The notes under the pieces are model-generated. The model made no database searches, was not told the origin of the DNA, and saw only the letters and a list, made by a program, of their open reading frames with translations. Below are positions 32,501 to 41,327 of a stretch of 64,000 nt of DNA, piece by piece. Source of the stretch: Clostridia bacterium (lineage in GTDB: Bacteria > Bacillota > Clostridia > Monoglobales > Monoglobaceae); contig JAZNHF010000036.1 of NCBI GenBank assembly GCA_045576835.1, positions 8,138 to 72,137 on the forward strand, in the 5' to 3' direction. Within the stretch, counting starts at the first letter, position 1. Each line of letters starts with the position of its first letter. A program made the translations under genes and the position numbers.

Positions 32501-33128
32501 GGTTGAGGGCACGATCCTTGAATTCCTTAAGAGCGTCCTGGTCAACAAGACCCTTTAAGTCATCATAGTCCATAACCTCGATTTTCTGAATTTCGTGTGA
32601 GGTTCTGAAACCGTCAAAGAAATGGAGGAAAGGAACTCTTCCCTTGATTGATGCAAGATGTGCAACGCCGCCAAGGTCCATAACTTCCTGAACACTGCCC
32701 GATGCAAGCATCGCAAAGCCTGTTTGACGGCAAGCCATAACATCCTGGTGGTCGCCGAAGATGTTAAGAGCATGAGCCGCAATAGCTCTCGCACTTACAT
32801 GGAAAACTGTGGGCAAAAGCTCACCTGCAATTTTATACATATTGGGTATCATAAGAAGAAGACCCTGTGATGCTGTAAAGGTGGTTGTAAGAGCACCTGC
32901 CTGAAGCGAACCGTGAACGGCACCCGCCGCACCCGCCTCTGACTGCATTTCAACAACCTCTACGGTTTGTCCGAAGATATTCTTCTGACCCTTGGCACTC
33001 CACTCGTCAACATATTCTGCCATTGTTGAAGAAGGAGTAATAGGATAGATAGCGGCAACTTCAGTGAACGCATACGCACAATGTGCTGCGGCACAGTTAC
33101 CGTCCATGGTCTTGAATTTTTTAGCCAT
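29598..33128 (-). CDS. nifJ: Pyruvate:ferredoxin (flavodoxin) oxidoreductase
   Basis: 1176 aa single-chain PFOR. 'AIYPITPSS' opening, 2x[4Fe-4S] 'CIQCNQCSLVCPH' and 'CLGCGVCANVCP', TPP 'GGDGWAYDIGYGG'. Confidence 0.95.
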   Translation of the reverse strand: MAKKFKTMDGNCAAAHCAYAFTEVAAIYPITPSSTMAEYVDEWSAKGQKNIFGQTVEVVEMQSEAGAAGAVHGSLQAGALTTTFTASQGLLLMIPNMYKIAGELLPTVFHVSARAIAAHALNIFGDHQDVMACRQTGFAMLASGSVQEVMDLGGVAHLASIKGRVPFLHFFDGFRTSHEIQKIEVMDYDDLKGLVDQDALKEFKDRALNPEHPVLRGTAQNGDIYFQGREASNKYYEAIPDIVADYMKEISKITGRTYKPFNYYGAEDATEVIVAMGSVCQALEETVDYLNASGRKVGVLEVHLYRPFSAKYFFDVMPKTVQKIAVLDRTKEPGSLGEPLYLDVCGLYKDCDNAPMIIGGRYGLGSKDTTPTQLVAVFDNLNAKTPKNGFTIGIVDDVTGLSLELGERVNAAPAGATRCKFWGFGSDGTVGANKDAIKIIGDNTDMYAQAYFDYDSKKSGGVTMSHLRFGKTPIKSTYLLDEADYIACHKPAYVYQYDVLDGLKKGGTFLLNCVWTPEELNEKLPANVKRYIAENDINFYTINAVDVAVKVGLGPTRINMVTQGAFFKLSEVIPFDKAVTLIKEAIKKTYGKKGDEIVNMNCAAVDGAVDALVKIDVPADWKMAVDNDTDDSSRPDFIKNIVDPVNAQRGNKLPVSVFEGREDGTFETGTSRFEKRGVAVLVPEWVKENCIQCNQCSLVCPHAAIRPVLVDEAEKAAAPASFETLKAMGKEFAGLEFRMQVSPLDCLGCGVCANVCPAPKGKALVMKPIDAVTPTEEPNWSYAMDSVTNKANLVDTSSNIKNSQFAQPYLEFSGACAGCGETPYIKLITQLFGDRMMVANATGCTSIWGGSAPSMPYCKDENGRGPAWANSLFEDNAEFGLGMVIANNKIRATLAARMDEAMDAVSSDLAAAFKEWQGAKDDAKGSKAAAEKIEALIKDADMSNPAIKEIADRCDFLVKRSQWVFGGDGWAYDIGYGGLDHVIASGEDINIFVVDTEVYSNTGGQSSKATPTAAVAKFAASGKKVKKKDLGMIATTYGYVYVAQIALGANMAQALKAIKEAEAYPGPSLIIAYAPCINHGIKAKGGMGNSIAEEKKAVETGYWHLWRFNPTLAEEGKNPFVLDSKEPTGSITDFMMGENRYLMLQKGYPEVAEKLFEKAEKDLISRYETYKRMAKD

Positions 33129-33315
33129 GATTTTCTGCCTCCTTGAAAATATATATTTAATTATTTTTCAGAATTTTTAAGATGCTTGTCCGCCCGAGAG
33201 GGACATACACCCGCCAATTTATAAGTATAACATATTTATTTAATAATTTCAAATAAAATTTGAGAAAAAACTAAAAAAGTTATAAGAAATTTTTGTGCGA
33301 AATGACCATTTTTGT

Positions 33316-33362
33316 AAAAACACCCGAAGGAGCCGTTTTATTGAGGCTCTTCGGGTGTTTTT
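33316..33362 (-). terminator. Intrinsic terminator whose 5' arm overlaps the last codons of the membrane-protein gene
   Basis: Minus strand: AAAAACACCCGAAGAGCC...GGCTCCTTCGGGTGTTTTT, then a U-rich tail. Confidence 0.7.
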
Positions 33363-34234
33363 GGTGTAGAGTTTATTTTGGGAATAAAGCGTTTTATAAA
33401 GCTTCCCTTGCCGCGGGATTTAATATAAAAAAATCCTAAAATCGAAAAAATAACTGCACCTATAAAGTTTACAAGCAAATCGTTCATTGTATCTACAAGG
33501 CCAATATCGAGATAACCGCTAATCGGTACAAGATATTCTCCTTTCTCTGTCGGAAAAGAGTTTACAAGGAGGTTTCGTCCTTTTAGGATTATACTGTCTA
33601 TTCCGTCTACCGCAGTTGCGGTATTTGCATTGTCGGGGTTCAGTGTCACACTTGCAATGTTGTTTATTATAAAATCCTTTTGCATATCCGTTCCAAGCAC
33701 GATATCTGCAAAAAACTCAAAAAATTCCCACAGAACGCCGACCGTCATCGAGAAGCAGAGTGAGACTATTGCCATAAAAAGCGGTGAGAGCTGAAACTTA
33801 AACCTGTCATTTTTGTTAAGAATATCCACCATAGAAAAGCCGATTGCCGCCATCAGAAAACCATTGAGTGTGTGAAGCATATCGTCCCACCAATAAAATC
33901 TTAAATAAAACGCACCAAGCTCGCCGAGCATTTGGGCAGAAAAAATAAAGAGGATAATTATAACCTCAAGGGTTTGCGGCAATGTTATTTTCAGCTTTGT
34001 CTCAATAAAGTTTGGAACAAGAAACAAAAGCAGGGTCAGAGCACAGGTGAAGCAATTTTCGTATCGGCCGTCGATTGTCTGTACTATCAGAATGAGTATT
34101 ACAATAATAGTGAGTGCTTGATACAATATAAATGTAGCCCTGTTCCGTGAATTCCTGTGAAGATTTTTCCTGGCGTAGAGCTTGAGCCTTGTTTTAAGGC
34201 GGAGTCCCTTTTTCTTTTTAGTTAACTTTTCCAT
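33338..34234 (-). CDS. Polytopic membrane protein, possibly YjdF/DUF2238-like (family uncertain)
   Basis: AAAGGTGA RBS before ATG 34234 (MEKLTKKKKG...). The longer track ORF to 34669 overlaps the divergent neighbour and looks non-coding. Confidence 0.7.
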   Translation of the reverse strand: MEKLTKKKKGLRLKTRLKLYARKNLHRNSRNRATFILYQALTIIVILILIVQTIDGRYENCFTCALTLLLFLVPNFIETKLKITLPQTLEVIIILFIFSAQMLGELGAFYLRFYWWDDMLHTLNGFLMAAIGFSMVDILNKNDRFKFQLSPLFMAIVSLCFSMTVGVLWEFFEFFADIVLGTDMQKDFIINNIASVTLNPDNANTATAVDGIDSIILKGRNLLVNSFPTEKGEYLVPISGYLDIGLVDTMNDLLVNFIGAVIFSILGFFYIKSRGKGSFIKRFIPKINSTPKTPEEPQ

Positions 34235-34333
34235 ATATTTCACCTTTTGCTTGAAATAGTTTTTGTATTGACATAATTTGCGAGGTGTTGTAAAATTATA
34301 AGGTGATATTGTGCTTGGAGGATTTGTACTGAA

Positions 34334-35518
34334 ATGAGAAGAAAAATAACCGAAATATCTGTTTTTGAATTTTTTATGTGTATGTTCGTTATCGGGATAC
34401 ATCTGATGTCTGAGGGGGTCGATACATTCCCGAAATGGAGTGTCTCCTCCATAATGTTTTTGTCGCTTACAAAGCTTATGACATTTGCGGTGCCGGGCTT
34501 TGTATTTACAAGTGCAATAAAGCTCTTTTATAAATATGGAGAGGGTAAGTTCAACTATCCCAAATTTCTTCTCGGCAGAATTATAAAGGTTTATATCCCG
34601 TATGTTGTGGCAGTTATAATTTATTATGTTGTATTTGTATACGGCCTTAAGCTTGGCGGGTTTGAACACTTTAATGCGGGTGAAATGCTCGGCTATATAT
34701 TAGACGGAAGCATATCCGCTCAATTTTATTTTGTAATACTTATTGTTCAATTTTATATACTTATGCCGCTTTGGGTCGCTTTGGGCAGAATAAAAGCAAA
34801 GACATTTATTTGGATATTTATAGGTGTGTCTGCGGTTCTTACCGTCTTGACGAGAATGTATTTTCCCGAAATTTCTGCAAATCTGATAAATTGGGCATCG
34901 GGGCTTAAGCTTCCGTTTGAAAATCCGCTTGCCGGCACAGAGGCGACCCTTGTAGAGATGTCAAGATATACGAATAAATTTTTTACATCGTATCTGATAT
35001 TCTGGACTGCGGGAATGTATATAGGAATAAACTATGAAAAGCTGTCCGATATGATTAAAAGCGGAAAATCCGTCATTTACATCGGTTGGCTTATCCTTGC
35101 AATCTCGCATTGTATACTCTCGTATATGCAACACGGCGGATTGATAAGATATTCTTATGATTCAATAATTGTCGTTCTGTTTTGCGTATTTTCAATTTTT
35201 GGCTTTTATATATATGCAGAAAATCTTACCGTATCTCTCGAGAAGATGGGCAAGGGATTTTTGACAAGTATATCAGATGCATCATACGAGATATATCTTC
35301 TGCACTGTCTCGTAATAACTGCTGTATACCAATTTATGAACCGGCTTGAGATAGAGAGTATTCTTCAGAGATTCTTTATCGCTGCTGCGGTTACATATGT
35401 TGTGTCGATAATATTCTGTGTGTTGTTTTCAACTCTGCAAACAAACCTTAAGCTTAAATACCGCAGATACTCAGCAGAGAGAGCCCGCAAGATAGCCCGT
35501 AGAAAACGCTATTTGTAG
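34334..35518 (+). CDS. Membrane acyltransferase-3 family protein
   Basis: About 10 TM helices. Opening with a conserved His, 'FFMCMFVIGIHL'. GGAGGA RBS upstream. Confidence 0.6.
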   Translation: MRRKITEISVFEFFMCMFVIGIHLMSEGVDTFPKWSVSSIMFLSLTKLMTFAVPGFVFTSAIKLFYKYGEGKFNYPKFLLGRIIKVYIPYVVAVIIYYVVFVYGLKLGGFEHFNAGEMLGYILDGSISAQFYFVILIVQFYILMPLWVALGRIKAKTFIWIFIGVSAVLTVLTRMYFPEISANLINWASGLKLPFENPLAGTEATLVEMSRYTNKFFTSYLIFWTAGMYIGINYEKLSDMIKSGKSVIYIGWLILAISHCILSYMQHGGLIRYSYDSIIVVLFCVFSIFGFYIYAENLTVSLEKMGKGFLTSISDASYEIYLLHCLVITAVYQFMNRLEIESILQRFFIAAAVTYVVSIIFCVLFSTLQTNLKLKYRRYSAERARKIARRKRYL

Positions 35519-36700
35519 GTTAAATCCGCCCGTCAGAGCGTCAGTGTCAATGATTTCCCCCGCAAAATACAGACCCGAAATAAGCTTTGATTCCATTGTA
35601 GAGGGGTTGATTTCCTTAACTGATATTCCGCCTGATGTTATAATAGCCTGTTCTGGCCCGCAAAATCCCGTTATATTGAATTTGATATTTTTTAAAAGCT
35701 CTGTCAACCGCTTGCGTTCGTTTGCGGTTACAGAGTTTACTTTTTTGTGGGGGTCAATTCCTGAAAGGACAACTATGCGAGGGATGAGGGCCTTGGGCAA
35801 AAGCTCGCCGAGGCTGTTGACAAAATCCTTGTTGAGATTTTGGGAAAAATCACGCAGAATTCGGTCGTCTAACTGCTTATCGTCAAGAGCAGGCTTTAAG
35901 TCGAGATACAGGGTATAGCTTTCCTTTTCTATATCCTTCATATGTGCACTTGCACTTAAAATTACAGGCCCCGTTAAGCCGAAATGTGCAAACATCATTT
36001 CGCCAAAATCTGTATACACCGACTTGCCCTTACTGTTTTTTACAGTTATTGCAATATTCTTTAGCGAAAGACCGCATACCTCGTCTATCCAGTCCTCGGC
36101 AACAGTAAGAGGAACGAGCGATGGCAAAAGCTCTGTCACGGTATGCCCAAGCCGTTTGGCGAAGGTGTAACCGTCACCCGTTGAACCTGTTGCGGGATAT
36201 GTAATTCCGCCCGTCGCAAGCACAACAGAATTTGAATGAATAATCCCTCGGTTTTCACATTCAACACCGATGACTATGCCGTTTTCTGCTTTTATGTCAA
36301 TTACGGTATCATTTATTATTTCAACATTATTTTCGACGAGATATTTTCGCATAGCCGAGACCACATCTGTACTTTTATCGGAAACGGGAAAGACACGACC
36401 GCCACGCTCGACCTTGGTTTTTACGCCAAGGCTTTCAAAAAAGTCTATTGTTTGTTTGTTATCAAAATTATAAAATGCACTATATAAAAAGCGACGGTTT
36501 GTTATAACATTTTTAAGCAAGTCCTCAACCTCGTCGCAGGCGTTGGTTATGTTGCATCTGCCCTTTCCCGTAATCATAAGCTTTTTGCCGAGAAGTTTGT
36601 TTTTTTCTATCAGAACAACATTCAGACCGCGTTTTGCCGCAGTTCCTGCCGCCATCATCCCGGAGGCACCGCCCCCGATAACTATTACTTTTTTCTTCAT
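35471..36700 (-). CDS. FAD-dependent oxidoreductase, HI0933/YhiN (BaiN-like) family
   Basis: 'KKVIVIGGGASGMMAAGTAAKRG' and the C-terminal 'LYFAGEIIDTDALTGGFNLQ.AFSTG' typical of this family. Confidence 0.8.
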   Translation of the reverse strand: MKKKVIVIGGGASGMMAAGTAAKRGLNVVLIEKNKLLGKKLMITGKGRCNITNACDEVEDLLKNVITNRRFLYSAFYNFDNKQTIDFFESLGVKTKVERGGRVFPVSDKSTDVVSAMRKYLVENNVEIINDTVIDIKAENGIVIGVECENRGIIHSNSVVLATGGITYPATGSTGDGYTFAKRLGHTVTELLPSLVPLTVAEDWIDEVCGLSLKNIAITVKNSKGKSVYTDFGEMMFAHFGLTGPVILSASAHMKDIEKESYTLYLDLKPALDDKQLDDRILRDFSQNLNKDFVNSLGELLPKALIPRIVVLSGIDPHKKVNSVTANERKRLTELLKNIKFNITGFCGPEQAIITSGGISVKEINPSTMESKLISGLYFAGEIIDTDALTGGFNLQIAFSTGYLAGSLC

Positions 36701-36726
36701 ACGAATTTCCTCATCAAACAAATATT

Positions 36727-37380
36727 TTATCTACGCTTTTTTATAAACCAATATACTGCGACAGAAATCACAGACGACAAAGCCGTTGCAACAACCGACA
36801 ATATGAAAACCGTCGATTTTGGGTTCATTATACTCATGCCCGCAATCGTGGCGGGGATAAGGCCTGGGAGAGTGCCTATAACACTTGCAACTACATACGG
36901 AATGTAAGAAACCCCTATTGACCCGAGACACAGGCTTACAATGTCCCCAGGCAGAATACTGATTGCCCGAAGCAGAAAAGAGGGAAACCATGTGCTGTTT
37001 CTCTGCATATCAATAATCTCTCGTGCTTTGGGGTATTTGGTCACAATGTATTCTGTTGTGCCTTGACCCGAAATTTTTCCTAAAATATACGGAAGGGTAT
37101 ACGAAATTGCGGTTCCTATAATATTTATAAACAAGGCAGGCCAAACAGGAAGCAAGATTCCTGCGGCAATCTGCAGAACAATAAGAGGAAAAATCACGGA
37201 CAGACTTTTGACTGCATACATCAAAAGAAGCAAAACGCCGGCGAGAGCGAGATTGTCAGGCATATAGCTTATGACTGTTTCGACGCTCATTTCCTTGCCT
37301 GATGCAAGAATGGCAACAATCAATACGCCGATAATGGCAAAGGGTAATATTTTTAAGATTACACTTATTGTTTTTCGCAT
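36727..37380 (-). CDS. TVP38/TMEM64 (DedA-related) membrane protein
   Basis: ATG 37380 (MRKTISVILK...) follows GGTGG. 5-6 TM helices. The family call is from memory. Confidence 0.6.
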   Translation of the reverse strand: MRKTISVILKILPFAIIGVLIVAILASGKEMSVETVISYMPDNLALAGVLLLLMYAVKSLSVIFPLIVLQIAAGILLPVWPALFINIIGTAISYTLPYILGKISGQGTTEYIVTKYPKAREIIDMQRNSTWFPSFLLRAISILPGDIVSLCLGSIGVSYIPYVVASVIGTLPGLIPATIAGMSIMNPKSTVFILSVVATALSSVISVAVYWFIKKRR

Positions 37381-37408
37381 ATAACCACCATTTTGCTTCT
37401 TTATAAAT

Positions 37409-40030
37409 TTATTCAGTGTGCTCTGCAAGACCGAAGGTCTTTGATATTTCCATAACAGCAAGAGGAACAAACGATAGTGCCAGTCCCAACAGATACAAGT
37501 ACCAGGGCAAAATATCAAGACCGAATGCAATTCTAACCGGTGTAAACATTACAAGAGCAACGACCGCAAGTGAGATAAGACAAGAGCGGTTAAGTGTTGA
37601 GTTTGTAAATACACCAAGCTTAAAGAGTGATTTTTCGGAACGCATATTATAAGATTGAACAAGCTGTGAAAGAGCAAGTATCATAAACGCAAGAGTTTGC
37701 CCCGAAGAAAGCTCACCCGTTATTTTCCAACCCGATAAAAAGCCGATAAGACAGAGAATTGCAAACATAGAGCCTTGCAAAACGACTCGAAGTCCTAATC
37801 CGTGTGCAAAAATTCCCTCGTTCTTTTCCTTGGGCCGTCTTTCCATTATGTCAGCTTCAACTGCTTCCATACCAAGAGAGATGGCAGGAAGACTGTCAGT
37901 TACAAGGTTGATAAGAAGAAGATGCATTGAAAGGAGAGGGGTCTTGTGCCACACAAGCATAGCAAAAAAGACTGTCAGGACCTCCCCTATGTTTGTGCCG
38001 AGCAAAAAGCCTACAACCTTTCTGATGTTATCGTAAATGCCTCTGCCCTCGCGGACTGCATCGACGATTGTTGCAAAGTTATCATCGGTAAGAGTCATAT
38101 CTGCCGCACCCTTTGCAACATCTGTTCCCGTTATGCCCATAGCACAACCTATATCTGCGGCTTTAAGAGCGGGTGCATCGTTTACGCCATCACCGGTCAT
38201 TGATACAATCCTGCCCTTTTTCTGCCAAGCCTTTACTATACGGATTTTATTTTCAGGCGATACCCTTGCATACACAGAGATATGCTCAACCATTTTATCA
38301 AGCTTTTCGTCTGTCATATCATCAAGCTGGTTTCCAGTAATCGCGATATCGCCGTCTTGCAGAATTCCGAGCTCTTTTGCGATAGCAGATGCGGTTGTAA
38401 TGTGGTCGCCCGTAATCATAACAGGCCTAATCCCCGCACTCTTGCATACCGCAACTGCGGCTTTTGCCTCGGGACGAGGAGGGTCTATCATTCCGACGAG
38501 ACCAAGCAAGGTCAAGCCGTTTTCTATTTCCTCGGAAATAAGCGTATCGGGGACAGCATCAATTTCCTTGCAGGCAACTGCCAAAACACGAAGAGCGTTG
38601 TTGCTCATATCCTCGTTCAGAGATTCTGCAGCTGCAATATCTCCCGAAATACAACGCTTTTTTAAAACATCAAATGCACCCTTAACAATGACAAGCCTTT
38701 TGCCGTTGTAATCATTTATCGTGGTCATAAGCTTTCTGTCAGAGTCAAACGGAAGCTCTGCAAGTCTCGGATATTTCCCGTTCAGCTCATCTGCCTTAAA
38801 GCCCATCTTGTATGCGGCGGCAACTATTGAGGTTTCTGTCGGGTCGCCGATATGCTCCTCGGTGCCGTCGGGCAGAACAGAAAATGAACCGTTGCAACAA
38901 AGTGTTGCCAGTTGAAGCAAGCTTTTCACTTCGTCAGAATTTTCCGTTTCGCTGTTTATGTTTTCAAGTGTGAGCCCGTCTGCATAGGCCTTTACAAGTG
39001 TCATTTTGTTCTGGGTGAGAGTTCCCGTTTTGTCAGAGCATATAACAGAGGCACTGCCGAGAGTTTCGACAGCAGGAAGCCTGCGTATAATTGCGTTTTT
39101 CTTAACCATTCTCTGAACACCGATAGAGAGAACTATTGTAACAATAGCGGGCAAGCCCTCGGGGATTGCGGAGACCGCAAGCGACACAGAGGTCATAAAA
39201 ATATCCTTTATGTTAAGGTTGTTTAAAATACCTATAACAAAAATAACAATACAAGCAACAATAGCGACAATACCGAGATATTTACCGAGTTGAGAGAGCT
39301 TTTGTTGAAGAGGTGTCTGCTCGTCTGTCTCAGAGTTCAGCAGATTTGCAATCTTACCCATTTCGGTATTCATACCCGTTGCGGTTACAACCGCTGTTGC
39401 AGTGCCGTAGGTAACAGAGCAGCCCGAGAACAGCATATTTGTGCGGTCGCCGAGCGGTGCATCTGCAGAAACATTAGCATCGGCACTTTTCTCTGACGGA
39501 ACAGACTCGCCTGTGAGTGCTGCCTCCTCGGATTTAAGACTTGCACTTGTCAGTATCCGTGCGTCTGCGGGGATAAAGTCACCCGCTTCAAGCCTGATTA
39601 TATCACCGGGAACAAGCTCTGTTGCATCAATGACCTGTTCTTTGCCGTCACGGATTACCTTGGCATGCTGTGCGGTCATCTTGTTCAGTGCATCAAGGGC
39701 CTTTTCGGCTTTGTTCTCCTGCAAGACACCTATAACGGCGTTCAAAATTACTATAAATAAAATCAATGCAGGCTCAAAAAATTCTGACGGCTCGCCCTCA
39801 AAGATTGCTATACCGAAAGAAACAAGTGCGGCAGCAATCAGAATTATTATCATTACATCCTTAAACTGTTCAAAAAACTTTTGAATAAAGTTCTTTTTTG
39901 CCTTCTCCTTGAGACGGTTTTCGCCATAGCGTGAAAGTGCCAGCTTTGCTGTCTCGGAAGTCAAACCGAGAACAGAGTCGCTCTCAAGAGCCTTCAATAC
40001 TACATCTTTTTTATCGGAATAAGGTGTCAA
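37409..40030 (-). CDS. P-type Ca2+-type cation-transporting ATPase (P2A)
   Basis: 'CSDKTGTLTQNKM', 'MITGDH', 'MTGDGVNDAPALKAADIG'. AGGAGG lies 7 nt before TTG 40030; the track ATG 40051 has no RBS. Confidence 0.9.
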   Translation of the reverse strand: MTPYSDKKDVVLKALESDSVLGLTSETAKLALSRYGENRLKEKAKKNFIQKFFEQFKDVMIIILIAAALVSFGIAIFEGEPSEFFEPALILFIVILNAVIGVLQENKAEKALDALNKMTAQHAKVIRDGKEQVIDATELVPGDIIRLEAGDFIPADARILTSASLKSEEAALTGESVPSEKSADANVSADAPLGDRTNMLFSGCSVTYGTATAVVTATGMNTEMGKIANLLNSETDEQTPLQQKLSQLGKYLGIVAIVACIVIFVIGILNNLNIKDIFMTSVSLAVSAIPEGLPAIVTIVLSIGVQRMVKKNAIIRRLPAVETLGSASVICSDKTGTLTQNKMTLVKAYADGLTLENINSETENSDEVKSLLQLATLCCNGSFSVLPDGTEEHIGDPTETSIVAAAYKMGFKADELNGKYPRLAELPFDSDRKLMTTINDYNGKRLVIVKGAFDVLKKRCISGDIAAAESLNEDMSNNALRVLAVACKEIDAVPDTLISEEIENGLTLLGLVGMIDPPRPEAKAAVAVCKSAGIRPVMITGDHITTASAIAKELGILQDGDIAITGNQLDDMTDEKLDKMVEHISVYARVSPENKIRIVKAWQKKGRIVSMTGDGVNDAPALKAADIGCAMGITGTDVAKGAADMTLTDDNFATIVDAVREGRGIYDNIRKVVGFLLGTNIGEVLTVFFAMLVWHKTPLLSMHLLLINLVTDSLPAISLGMEAVEADIMERRPKEKNEGIFAHGLGLRVVLQGSMFAILCLIGFLSGWKITGELSSGQTLAFMILALSQLVQSYNMRSEKSLFKLGVFTNSTLNRSCLISLAVVALVMFTPVRIAFGLDILPWYLYLLGLALSFVPLAVMEISKTFGLAEHTE

Positions 40031-40188
40031 TTCAAAACCTCCTAAATTCATTACATCATAAGTATAACTTATTTAACTTGTTTTAGCAATATTTTACATA
40101 AATTTTTCAGTATAATTTTAAAAAAGTTAACAAATTCTTCAAAAATTTGTCATATATTTCTTAACTGCTTAAATTATTATAACATTAA

Positions 40189-40220
40189 GAAGAAAAAACA
40201 GAGCTTCAAAATTGAAGCTC
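40189..40220 (-). terminator. Intrinsic terminator after the small YaaL-like gene
   Basis: GAGCTTCAA/TTGAAGCTC hairpin, followed on the minus strand by TGTTTTTTCT. Confidence 0.7.
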
Positions 40221-40248
40221 AATCAGAAATATTGGAATATTACGGCTA

Positions 40249-40467
40249 TTAACTCATATCCTTGAGAGCTTTCAGCAACACATCGTATCTTGCCTGTGCT
40301 TCTCGTAGCTTGTAGATGTAAACATCGACCTCGTCGGGCTTGTACACACAGTCAAAATTTCTCTGTGCAATATCCATTTCATTTTTTGCGACGGATATAT
40401 CTGCGAGAAGCGAGCGTTTCTGTTCTGCTCTGTATGGATTTTCCTTTTCTTTTAATGTTCCTTGCAT
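40249..40467 (-). CDS. YaaL-like small protein (DUF2508)
   Basis: 72 aa. 'A..NFD.V...DEVDVYIYKLREAQARYDVLLK' resembles DUF2508 as I recall it. Confidence 0.55.
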   Translation of the reverse strand: MQGTLKEKENPYRAEQKRSLLADISVAKNEMDIAQRNFDCVYKPDEVDVYIYKLREAQARYDVLLKALKDMS

Positions 40468-40612
40468 AAATATCACTTCCTTGATTTATCATATTGATAT
40501 TATATTATAGATAAAGCCATTTAATACACAAAAATAAAAAACAGACAAAATATTGATTTATTATACTAAAAGTAGTATAATAAAAAATAATAAAAAAGAG
40601 GCGGTGCAGAGT

Positions 40613-41311
40613 ATGATAAATACCAAAACCCGAATTTTAATTGTAGATGATGAGCCTAATATTTGTGAGCTTATAAGATTATATGTCGAAAAAGAGGGGT
40701 ACGAGGCAGTAATTGCGTGCGACGGTGCTCGTGCGGTAGAGAGATTTAAGGCTATATCACCTGATATGGTGCTTCTTGATATTATGCTTCCCGTCAGGGA
40801 TGGTTGGCAGGTTTGCCGTGATATAAGGGCGGTCAGTGATGTTCCGATTATTATGCTTACTGCCAAGGGGGAGACCTTTGATAAGGTTCTCGGTCTTGAG
40901 CTTGGTGCTGACGACTATATTGTAAAGCCGTTTGAACCGAAGGAGCTTCTTGCAAGAATAAAAGCAGTGCTTCGGAGAAGTGAGGGCAAGGCGACGGCAG
41001 ACGAACAAGAGGGTCTTGAGTTTGACGGGCTTAAAATAGGTTATGAAACATACGAAATATACCTTGACGGTAAGAAAATCGAGATGCCCCCAAAGGAATT
41101 TGAGCTTTTGTATTTTCTTGCAAAAAACAAGAATAAGGTTTTTACCCGCGACCAGCTTCTTGACGAGATTTGGGGATATGAATTTTTTGGCGACTCGAGA
41201 ACGGTTGATGTTCATATAAAAAGGGTAAGAGAAAAGATTGAGTGCGAGGACAGAAATTGGAACCTTAAAACCGTATGGGGAGTAGGGTATAAGTTTGAGG
41301 TTGAGGGATAA
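40613..41311 (+). CDS. OmpR-family response regulator
   Basis: 'RILIVDDEP', receiver Asp in 'VLLDIMLP', 'LTAKG', winged helix 'TVWGVGYKF'. Confidence 0.9.
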   Translation: MINTKTRILIVDDEPNICELIRLYVEKEGYEAVIACDGARAVERFKAISPDMVLLDIMLPVRDGWQVCRDIRAVSDVPIIMLTAKGETFDKVLGLELGADDYIVKPFEPKELLARIKAVLRRSEGKATADEQEGLEFDGLKIGYETYEIYLDGKKIEMPPKEFELLYFLAKNKNKVFTRDQLLDEIWGYEFFGDSRTVDVHIKRVREKIECEDRNWNLKTVWGVGYKFEVEG

Positions 41312-41327
41312 GTGAGGAGTTGAAATT

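Noticed and set aside
34235-34669. N-terminal 145-aa extension of the track ORF 33338-34669
   Set aside because: The extension overlaps the divergent acyltransferase gene and its promoter region. It has an odd composition (YKYNIINYNCHN...). An internal ATG at 34234 has a proper RBS and starts the hydrophobic protein.
38037-38711. 224-aa + strand ORF inside the P-type ATPase gene
   Set aside because: It is antisense to unmistakable P-type ATPase motifs and has a Ser/Ala/Ile-rich shadow-frame composition.
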